Part shown: one piece after another, positions 12,916-20,287 of the stretch
How positions within the stretch are numbered: the stretch's first letter is position 1
How the letters are laid out: each line of letters begins with the position of its first letter
Origin: Bacillus subtilis subsp. subtilis str. 168
Lineage (GTDB): Bacteria > Bacillota > Bacilli > Bacillales > Bacillaceae
Length of the DNA stretch: 32,000 nucleotides
Direction of reading: 5' to 3'
Assembly (NCBI RefSeq): GCF_000009045.1
Contig: NC_000964.3
Span: 720,001-752,000, forward strand
Notes under the pieces: model-generated
Told to the model about the DNA's origin: nothing
The model's input: the letters and a program-made list of their open reading frames with translations, nothing else
The model's database searches: none
Made by a program: the position numbers and the translations under genes

Positions 12916-15900
12916 ATGACCAGTCAGTCAATAAAAAATGTAATGGAGGATATGATGAACCACGTTATTAATTTCGTTCTGAAAAACAAATTCGCCGTAT
13001 GGCTGATGACGATTATTGTAACGGCAGCCGGCTTGTATGCGGGTATGAATATGAAGCAAGAGTCTATTCCTGACGTGAACATGCCTTACTTGACGATCAG
13101 CACGACATATCCGGGTGCAACACCAAGCCAAGTGGCTGATGAAGTGACCAAACCGGTTGAACAAGCCGTACAGAACTTGGACGGTGTCAGCGTTGTGACG
13201 TCGACGTCCTATGAAAACGCATCGTCGGTCATGATTGAATATGATTATGAGAAAGATATGGACAAAGCGAAAACAGAAGCAGCTGAAGCGTTAGAAAACG
13301 TCAACCTGCCTGATGACGCGAAGGATCCGGAGATTTCACGCTACAGCTTGAACTCATTCCCGATTCTGACGCTGAGCGTGTCCAGTGATAAAGATAATCT
13401 GCAAGAGCTGACGAAACAAGTGGAGGACAGCCTCGTTTCTAAGCTTGAAGGCATAGAAGGCGTTGCGTCCGTCCAAGTATCAGGCCAGCAGGTGGAAGAG
13501 GTTGAATTCTCTTTCAAAGAAGACAAACTGAAGGAATACGGCCTTGATGAAGATACAGTCAAGCAAGTGATTCAAGGTTCAGATGTGACAACTCCGCTTG
13601 GATTGTACACATTCGGAAATGAAGAAAAATCTGTCGTCGTCAGCGGCGATATTGAAACAATTAAAGATTTGAAGAATATGAGAATCCCGACGGCATCTGC
13701 TTCAAGTGCAGGCAGCAGCGCAGCATCTCAAGCAGGTGCGCAGAGTGCTCAAGCAGCCCAAAGCGCGCAAGCGGCAGCACAGGTGCAGCAAAGCGCAAGC
13801 ACAGCAGTGCCGACGGTCAAGCTTTCTGACATTGCTACAATTAAAGATGTGAAAAAAGCTGAATCCGTTTCACGCACAAATGGCAAAGACAGCATCGGCA
13901 TCAACATCGTCAAAGCAAACGATGCGAATACGGTAGAGGTTGCCGACGATGTCAAAGCTGAGCTGAAAAAGTTCAAAGAAGACCATAAAGGCTTCAATTA
14001 CAGCGCAACTCTCGACATGGCGGAGCCGATCACACAGTCAGTTGACACGATGTTAAGCAAAGCCATCTTCGGTGCTATTTTTGCGATTGTGATTATTCTC
14101 TTATTCTTAAGAGATATCAAATCAACATTAATTTCTGTTGTTTCAATTCCATTATCATTGCTGATCGCACTCCTTGTGCTGCAGCAGCTTGATATCACAT
14201 TGAATATTATGACGCTCGGCGCAATGACCGTTGCCATCGGACGTGTAGTCGATGACTCCATCGTTGTGATCGAGAACATTTACCGCCGCATGAGACTCAA
14301 AGATGAGCCGCTCCGCGGAAAAGCCTTGGTTCGTGAAGCGACGAAGGAAATGTTTAAACCGATCATGTCATCAACGATTGTGACAATCGCGGTATTCCTG
14401 CCGCTCGCACTTGTAGGCGGACAAATCGGTGAATTGTTTATTCCATTTGCCTTAACGATTGTTTTTGCGCTTGCCGCATCCCTAGTGATTTCAATCACGC
14501 TTGTGCCGATGCTCGCACACAGCCTGTTCAAAAAATCATTAACCGGTGCGCCGATTAAAGCGAAAGAACACAAACCTGGCAGACTTGCAAACATCTATAA
14601 AAAAGTATTGAACTGGGCGCTGAGCCACAAATGGATCACGTCTATCATCGCGGTTCTGATGCTCCTTGGAAGCTTGTTCCTCGTACCGTTAATCGGTGCC
14701 AGCTACCTGCCGTCCGAGGAAGAAAAAACGATGCAGCTCACATACAGCCCAGAACCGGGTGAAACGAAAAAAGAAGCCGAAAATGAAGCTGAAAAAGCGG
14801 AAAAAATCCTGCTTGACCGCAAGCATGTCGATACGGTTCAGTATTCATTAGGCTCTGGCAGCCCGCTTGCCGGAGGAGATTCTAACGGTGCGTTATTCTA
14901 TATCAAATATGAAAGCGACACACCTGACTTTGATAAAGAAAAAGATAACGTTCTGAAGGAAATCCAAAAGCAATCTGACCGCGGAGAATGGAAGTCACAG
15001 GACTTCAGCTCTTCAGGCAATAATAACGAATTAACATACTATGTGTATGGCGATTCTGAAAACGATATTAAAGACACGGTCAAAGACATTGAAAAAATCA
15101 TGAAAGATGAAAAGGATCTGAAAAACGTAAATTCAGGCCTTTCCAGCACATATGATGAGTACACATTTGTCGCTGACCAAGAAAAACTAAGCAAGCTCGG
15201 TTTAACCGCGTCTCAAATTTCTCAGGCCTTAATGTCACAAACATCGCAAGAACCGCTCACCACTGTGAAAAAAGACGGCAAAGAGCTTGATGTGAACATT
15301 AAGACAGAAAAAGACGAGTATAAGAGTGTGAAAGATTTAGAGAATAAAAAGATCACTTCCGCGACTGGCCAGGAAGTCAAAATCGGCGATGTGGCAAAAG
15401 TGAAAGAAGGATCAACATCAGATACCGTGTCAAAACGTGACGGAAAAGTCTATGCAGATGTCACAGGTGAGGTTACCTCTGACAACGTCACAGCCGTATC
15501 AGCTGCTATCCAGAAGAAAATCGATAAGCTTGACCACCCTGATAACGTATCGATTGACACAGGCGGCGTATCAGCGGATATCGCTGATTCCTTCACGAAG
15601 CTCGGTTTAGCGATGCTGGCAGCAATAGCGATCGTTTACCTTGTGCTCGTGATTACCTTCGGCGGAGCACTAGCGCCATTTGCGATTCTGTTCTCATTGC
15701 CGTTCACAGTCATCGGTGCCCTGGTCGGACTTTACGTATCAGGTGAAACGATCAGTCTGAACGCCATGATCGGTATGCTCATGCTGATCGGTATCGTTGT
15801 CACGAATGCCATTGTCTTAATTGACCGCGTGATTCATAAGGAAGCGGAAGGCCTGTCTACGAGAGAAGCGCTCCTGGAAGCCGGCTCTACACGACTCCGT

Positions 15901-16113
15901 CCGATCCTGATGACAGCCATTGCGACAATCGGCGCCTTGATTCCATTAGCCCTCGGCTTCGAAGGCGGAAGCCAGGTCATTTCAAAAGGACTCGGCGTAA
16001 CGGTTATCGGCGGTTTAATCAGTTCAACGCTTCTGACGCTCCTGATCGTGCCAATCGTATATGAAGTATTGGCGAAGTTCCGCAAGAAAAAACCGGGAAC
16101 GGAAGAAGAGTAA
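12916..16113 (+). CDS. swrC: RND (AcrB/AcrD/AcrF-family) efflux transporter SwrC
   Basis: 1065-aa ORF with two 6-TM bundles and large extracytoplasmic loops typical of RND pumps. The start is uncertain: ATG 12916 (track), or ATG 12952/12955 just after the GGAGGA at 12945-12950. Confidence 0.9.
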   Translation: MTSQSIKNVMEDMMNHVINFVLKNKFAVWLMTIIVTAAGLYAGMNMKQESIPDVNMPYLTISTTYPGATPSQVADEVTKPVEQAVQNLDGVSVVTSTSYENASSVMIEYDYEKDMDKAKTEAAEALENVNLPDDAKDPEISRYSLNSFPILTLSVSSDKDNLQELTKQVEDSLVSKLEGIEGVASVQVSGQQVEEVEFSFKEDKLKEYGLDEDTVKQVIQGSDVTTPLGLYTFGNEEKSVVVSGDIETIKDLKNMRIPTASASSAGSSAASQAGAQSAQAAQSAQAAAQVQQSASTAVPTVKLSDIATIKDVKKAESVSRTNGKDSIGINIVKANDANTVEVADDVKAELKKFKEDHKGFNYSATLDMAEPITQSVDTMLSKAIFGAIFAIVIILLFLRDIKSTLISVVSIPLSLLIALLVLQQLDITLNIMTLGAMTVAIGRVVDDSIVVIENIYRRMRLKDEPLRGKALVREATKEMFKPIMSSTIVTIAVFLPLALVGGQIGELFIPFALTIVFALAASLVISITLVPMLAHSLFKKSLTGAPIKAKEHKPGRLANIYKKVLNWALSHKWITSIIAVLMLLGSLFLVPLIGASYLPSEEEKTMQLTYSPEPGETKKEAENEAEKAEKILLDRKHVDTVQYSLGSGSPLAGGDSNGALFYIKYESDTPDFDKEKDNVLKEIQKQSDRGEWKSQDFSSSGNNNELTYYVYGDSENDIKDTVKDIEKIMKDEKDLKNVNSGLSSTYDEYTFVADQEKLSKLGLTASQISQALMSQTSQEPLTTVKKDGKELDVNIKTEKDEYKSVKDLENKKITSATGQEVKIGDVAKVKEGSTSDTVSKRDGKVYADVTGEVTSDNVTAVSAAIQKKIDKLDHPDNVSIDTGGVSADIADSFTKLGLAMLAAIAIVYLVLVITFGGALAPFAILFSLPFTVIGALVGLYVSGETISLNAMIGMLMLIGIVVTNAIVLIDRVIHKEAEGLSTREALLEAGSTRLRPILMTAIATIGALIPLALGFEGGSQVISKGLGVTVIGGLISSTLLTLLIVPIVYEVLAKFRKKKPGTEEE

Positions 16114-16120
16114 AAAACAA

Positions 16121-16147
16121 AAAGCCTCAGCTCTGCTGAGGCTTTCA
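16121..16147 (+). terminator. Terminator-like hairpin after swrC
   Basis: 10-bp stem AAAGCCTCAG / CTGAGGCTTT with a 5-nt loop, starting 8 nt after the swrC stop. The T-run is short (TTT). The hairpin abuts repeat copy A. Confidence 0.6.
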
Positions 16148-16320
16148 GCTTGTTGAAAAACCCTCGCATTCGTTGTCAGGTCTGCGCGTCGGTGCTCACG
16201 AATTCTACATTCGCTCCGCTCCAATGCTCCCCCTTCCTAGACTACAAGGGTTTTCAATCAAGCTGAAAGAATGTTAAGGATGACAAAAGCTCAAAACAAG
16301 AATCAGTTTTGAGCTTTTGT
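16143..16320 (+). repeat. Structured intergenic repeat, copy A (~126-nt core plus 15-bp hairpin)
   Basis: The core 16143-16268 aligns ungapped with the reverse complement of 17423-17548, with about 16 mismatches in 126 by hand alignment. The core termini are self-complementary (CAGCTTGTTGAAAAACCC ... GGGTTTTCAATCAAGCTG). It is followed by the hairpin ACAAAAGCTCAAAAC/GTTTTGAGCTTTTGT (16283-16320). Confidence 0.8.
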
Positions 16321-16435
16321 GCGTTTTCACCTGTAAGATTATGTACATTTTGTTGCGATTTTTTTAACTCATAGTATAATTAAAGGTTGTTAGTGTAAAA
16401 ATGGATCGGATACTCTTAAGTAGGATGATGAGATA

Positions 16436-17347
16436 ATGAAACGTGCACGCATAATATACAATCCGACTTCAGGACGGGAGATCTTTAAAAAGCATCTTGC
16501 CCAGGTCCTGCAAAAATTTGAACAAGCCGGCTATGAAACCTCCACCCATGCGACGACATGCGCAGGAGACGCTACACACGCTGCCAAGGAAGCGGCATTG
16601 CGTGAGTTTGACCTGATCATTGCGGCAGGCGGAGACGGAACGATCAACGAGGTCGTCAACGGGCTTGCGCCTTTAGACAATCGTCCGACACTCGGTGTGA
16701 TTCCTGTCGGCACAACGAACGACTTCGCCAGAGCGCTCGGAATCCCACGCGAGGATATTTTAAAAGCGGCAGATACGGTCATTAACGGCGTTGCCCGCCC
16801 GATTGATATCGGACAGGTCAACGGCCAGTATTTTATCAATATCGCCGGCGGAGGCCGTCTGACGGAGCTGACGTACGACGTGCCAAGCAAACTGAAAACA
16901 ATGCTCGGCCAGCTTGCTTATTATTTAAAAGGAATGGAAATGCTGCCTTCACTTCGTCCGACAGAAGTCGAGATTGAATATGACGGCAAGCTGTTTCAAG
17001 GTGAAATCATGCTGTTTTTGGTCACGCTGACAAACTCCGTCGGCGGGTTCGAAAAGCTCGCGCCGGATTCCAGCCTGAATGACGGCATGTTTGATTTGAT
17101 GATACTAAAGAAAGCAAACCTTGCTGAATTTATCAGGGTCGCCACGATGGCGCTTCGCGGAGAACACATCAACGACCAGCACATTATTTATACAAAAGCG
17201 AACCGCGTGAAAGTCAATGTATCAGAAAAGATGCAGCTGAACCTGGACGGCGAGTACGGCGGCATGCTGCCGGGCGAATTCGTGAATCTGTACCGGCACA
17301 TTCACGTCGTCATGCCGAAGGAGAAAGCGGAACAGTTGGATGACTAA
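16436..17347 (+). CDS. dagK: Diacylglycerol kinase DagK (YerQ)
   Basis: 303-aa ORF with the DAGK catalytic-domain motif IIAAGGDGTINEVVNG and GVIPVGTTNDFAR. Its position between swrC and rlmCD matches B. subtilis. Confidence 0.92.
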   Translation: MKRARIIYNPTSGREIFKKHLAQVLQKFEQAGYETSTHATTCAGDATHAAKEAALREFDLIIAAGGDGTINEVVNGLAPLDNRPTLGVIPVGTTNDFARALGIPREDILKAADTVINGVARPIDIGQVNGQYFINIAGGGRLTELTYDVPSKLKTMLGQLAYYLKGMEMLPSLRPTEVEIEYDGKLFQGEIMLFLVTLTNSVGGFEKLAPDSSLNDGMFDLMILKKANLAEFIRVATMALRGEHINDQHIIYTKANRVKVNVSEKMQLNLDGEYGGMLPGEFVNLYRHIHVVMPKEKAEQLDD

Positions 17348-17379
17348 AACTTGGCTTGGTAAGCCAAGCTCAGAATGTT

Positions 17380-17425
17380 GACAAAATCCTAAAACAGTTT
17401 TCGTTTTAGGATTTTGTCATCTTTT
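17380..17425 (+). terminator. Rho-independent terminator after dagK (the hairpin module of repeat copy B)
   Basis: 16-bp perfect stem GACAAAATCCTAAAAC / GTTTTAGGATTTTGTC with a 7-nt loop, followed by ATCTTTT. It lies 33 nt after the dagK stop. A smaller hairpin (CTTGGCTT-GGT-AAGCCAAG, 17350-17368) precedes it. Confidence 0.75.
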
Positions 17426-17548
17426 CAGCGTGATTGAAAACCTTTGAAGTCTAGGAAGGGCGAGCATCGGAGCACAGCGAATGTTGAATTCGTGAGCACC
17501 GAAGCACAGGCCTGACAACGAATGCGAAGGTTTGCCTACACGCTGAAA
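17380..17548 (-). repeat. Structured intergenic repeat, copy B (inverted relative to copy A)
   Basis: The reverse complement of 17423-17548 matches 16143-16268. The hairpin module 17380-17418 corresponds to 16283-16320, with compensatory stem changes (GCTC/GAGC in A versus TCCT/AGGA in B). Confidence 0.8.
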
Positions 17549-17602
17549 CTTGGCTTGAATAGGCCAAGTTTTTCTTTCGCTTAAAACTAGAGGTGATTAT
17601 AG

Positions 17603-18982
17603 ATGAAAATGAAACCCCCAGTAGAAAAAAATGAATACTACGATGTGACATTTGAGGATTTGACACATGAAGGAGCGGGCGTCGCAAAGGTCCAAGGCTT
17701 CCCGATCTTTGTGCCGAATGCCCTACCCGAGGAAAAAGCCCAAATCAAAGTGACACGCGTCAAAAAAGGGTTCGCCTTCGGCCGCCTGATTGAGCTGAAG
17801 GAAGAAAGCCCGCATAGAACGGACGCCCCATGCCCGATTTACAAACAATGCGGAGGCTGCCAGCTTCAGCACATGACCTACGAAGGCCAGCTCCTGTTTA
17901 AACAGAAACAAGTCAAAGACGTCTTAGAACGCATCGGCAAGCTGGACCTTTCAAAAGTCACCGTGCACCCGACACTCGGCATGGAAGACCCGTGGAACTA
18001 CAGAAACAAAGCACAGGTGCCGGTAGGAGAACGGGAAGGCGGACTCGTCGCGGGATTCTATCAGCAAAGAAGCCATGACATCATCGACATGAGCGCCTGC
18101 CTGATCCAGCAATCCAAAAACGACGAAGCCGTTCAAGCTGTCAAAGACATTTGCGCAAACTACGGTGTCAAAGCCTACAACGAAGAACGCCACAAAGGCT
18201 GGCTCCGCCACATCATGGTCAGATACGGCGTTGTTACGGGCGAAATGATGATCGTCTTCATCACAAGAACAAGCGACTTCCCGCACAAAGCGAAGATCAT
18301 CGAAGACATCACAGCGCAATTCCCGCACGTCAAATCCATCGTGCAAAACATCAACCCAAACAAAACAAACGTCATTTTTGGCAACGAAACAAACGTCATC
18401 TGGGGCGAAGAATACATCTACGACCTCATCGGAGACGTCAAATTCGCCATCTCCGCCAGATCGTTTTATCAGGTCAACCCAGAGCAAACAAAAGTGCTCT
18501 ACGACAAAGCGCTTGAGTACGCTGAGCTTCAAGGGGAAGAAACCGTCATCGACGCTTACTGCGGCATCGGAACGATTTCTCTCTTCCTGGCAAAGCAGGC
18601 GAAAAAAGTGTACGGTGTAGAGATTGTGCCGGAAGCAATTGAGGACGCGAAGCGAAACGCCGAATTAAACGGCAACACAAACGCAGAGTTTGCTGTTGGA
18701 GAAGCGGAAACCGTGATTCCAAAGTGGTACGAAGAAGGCATTACAGCTGATACGCTGGTCGTCGACCCGCCAAGAAAAGGCTGCGACGAAGCCCTCCTGC
18801 GGACAATTGTGGAGATGAAGCCGAAGCGGGTAGTGTATGTGTCCTGTAATCCTGGCACGCTTGCGAGAGATTTGCGGGTGCTTGAGGATGGCGGGTACGT
18901 GACGCGCGAAGTGCAGCCTGTGGATATGTTTCCGCATACGAATCATGTGGAGTGCTGTGTGTTGATAAAATTAAAAGAATAA
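17603..18982 (+). CDS. rlmCD: 23S rRNA (uracil-C5)-methyltransferase RlmCD (RumA family; YefA)
   Basis: 459-aa ORF with an N-terminal TRAM domain, the Fe-S cysteine cluster [17 protein letters not shown] motif IDAYCGIGT and a catalytic-Cys region [21 protein letters not shown] upstream. Confidence 0.93.
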   Translation: MKMKPPVEKNEYYDVTFEDLTHEGAGVAKVQGFPIFVPNALPEEKAQIKVTRVKKGFAFGRLIELKEESPHRTDAPCPIYKQCGGCQLQHMTYEGQLLFKQKQVKDVLERIGKLDLSKVTVHPTLGMEDPWNYRNKAQVPVGEREGGLVAGFYQQRSHDIIDMSACLIQQSKNDEAVQAVKDICANYGVKAYNEERHKGWLRHIMVRYGVVTGEMMIVFITRTSDFPHKAKIIEDITAQFPHVKSIVQNINPNKTNVIFGNETNVIWGEEYIYDLIGDVKFAISARSFYQVNPEQTKVLYDKALEYAELQGEETVIDAYCGIGTISLFLAKQAKKVYGVEIVPEAIEDAKRNAELNGNTNAEFAVGEAETVIPKWYEEGITADTLVVDPPRKGCDEALLRTIVEMKPKRVVYVSCNPGTLARDLRVLEDGGYVTREVQPVDMFPHTNHVECCVLIKLKE

Positions 18983-18994
18983 ATAGTCAAAAAT

Positions 18995-19972
18995 CTATGC
19001 TGATGGAACTGTTGGTTCTCTAAAACGATAATTGATTTCAATGGTTCCATTTGCATGTACTTCTATTTCATCTACTAACAAATGAAGCATTTCGGGGGTA
19101 AGTGTACCTTCCTTCATGAATTTATCTAAGCTCTTTTTAAAATCAATTATTTCTTTTTCAATCTTTTGAAATTCTAGGTCCTTAGATAGTTGGTGAAGGG
19201 TAGTTTCAAAATTTGAAATATCTTCATTGGTGATATTTATGGCTAATTGGTAATCTTCTTTAGATATAACACCATTAGCAAGAGAGATAACTAAATTGGA
19301 TTTATCTCTCTTTTTATCGTTTAATTTTTCATTAATTTCGATTATCTTAGATTCGATTTTTTCTTTGTACTTTAACGCTTTTTCACTTAATTCTTTAAAA
19401 TAATTTTCCTTACTGAATTTCAAATATATCTTATTTAGGTTGGTTATTACTTTATCAGTTAAATCTATTTCACTTACGTAATGATCACTACATGCTTTTA
19501 AACCATGTTTATTATAACTTCCACAAACATAACCTTTTCGATTCTTTTTAAAATGCATTGACCTCCTGCAATCTTTGCAAACCGCAGTATTTGTAAAGAG
19601 ATGTACTTCAGCTTGAGGTCTCCTTCTTTTTCTAGTTATTAAAATCTCTTGTACAATAAGAAAGTCTTCTAAAGGTATGATTGGTTCGTGGCTTTTTTCA
19701 ATAATTATTTGGTTTTCTAGGTTAACTGACCTTCTTCTTTTACTGGTAACACTCGGTCTATATTCTCTACATTGTTGTAGTGTCCCAGTATAGTGAGGAT
19801 TTTCGAGAATTTTTCTTATTGAAGATCCGTGCCATTTGTCAGTAGCGTTCTTTTTGCGGGCAAGCTGCGAGGGACTAGTGACCCCTTCGTTATACAATCC
19901 CCTTGCTATTGCATCAAAGCCTTTTCCAGCAATATATTCTGAAAAGATTCTAATATTTACTATTTTCTCTGC
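18995..19972 (-). pseudogene. yefB: Large serine recombinase, N-terminally truncated (no catalytic resolvase domain)
   Basis: The translation (AEK)[31 protein letters not shown]...[17 protein letters not shown] matches the recombinase domain. It also has the Zn-ribbon CKDCRRSMHFKKNRKGYVCGSYNKHGLKAC and a C-terminal coiled coil. No resolvase catalytic domain is encoded upstream. The only start in the track is a TTG inside the domain. Confidence 0.8.
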
Positions 19973-20213
19973 GTTTGCTGAATTTGAGAGAGATATGATT
20001 GTAGAACGAACTCAAGAAGGTAAAATGTTGGCCAAGCAGAATCCGGATTTCCGAGAAGGAAGACCCAAAAAGTTCACAAAGCAGCAAATCAATCATGCAT
20101 TAACATTACTAGAAAATCATTCGTATAAACAAGTTGAAGATATGACTGGGATATCAGTTTCTACACTTGTAAGAGCTAAAAAGAAGAAAGCTGCTGAAGC
20201 TATAAATGGATAA
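19965..20213 (+). pseudogene. yefC: Small serine recombinase (resolvase/invertase) C-terminal fragment: helix E plus HTH only
   Basis: [20 protein letters not shown] (helix E) followed by [43 protein letters not shown] (Hin/resolvase-type HTH). The catalytic N-terminal ~100 aa is absent. The upstream part of ORF 19836..20213 is antisense to yefB and not resolvase-like. Confidence 0.75.
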
Positions 20214-20287
20214 ATATTGTGAATTAATTATTCAATATCTTGAGAAATTTTTATAAAAGTAATCAAAAGTTTAATGGGGGAAACGAA

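Noticed and set aside
12824-12931. A 36-codon N-terminal extension of yerO (325-aa version in the ORF track).
   Set aside because: The extension runs through the swrC promoter and start region, has no RBS and is not TetR-like. The internal ATG 12823 has a good AAGGGGAA RBS and begins directly at the HTH domain.
13690-13809. The Ala/Ser/Gln-coding stretch in swrC considered as a DNA tandem repeat or VNTR.
   Set aside because: The repeats are only imperfect short GCx/CAA motifs with no exact unit. I kept it as a protein low-complexity observation instead.
17451-18946. Antisense and alternative-frame ORFs around and within rlmCD (17451..17687 -, 17951..18532 -, 18151..18516 +, 18175..18417 -, 18378..18620 +, 18556..18858 -, 18665..18946 -).
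   Set aside because: 17451..17687 lies across repeat copy B and the rlmCD 5' end and has no RBS. The others are shadow ORFs of the motif-supported rlmCD frame.
19836-19964. The N-terminal 43 codons of plus-strand ORF 19836..20213.
   Set aside because: This part is antisense to the yefB recombinase-domain coding sequence and has no resolvase similarity. Only the portion from about 19965 onward is resolvase-like.
20240-20287. The TTG-initiated 16-codon extension of yeeA, and similarly the TTG 24791 extension of yeeC.
   Set aside because: Both lack an RBS. The internal ATGs (20288 and 24851) are preceded by GGGGGAAA and AGGAGG respectively, and give the protein lengths I recall for YeeA (879 aa) and YeeC (382 aa).
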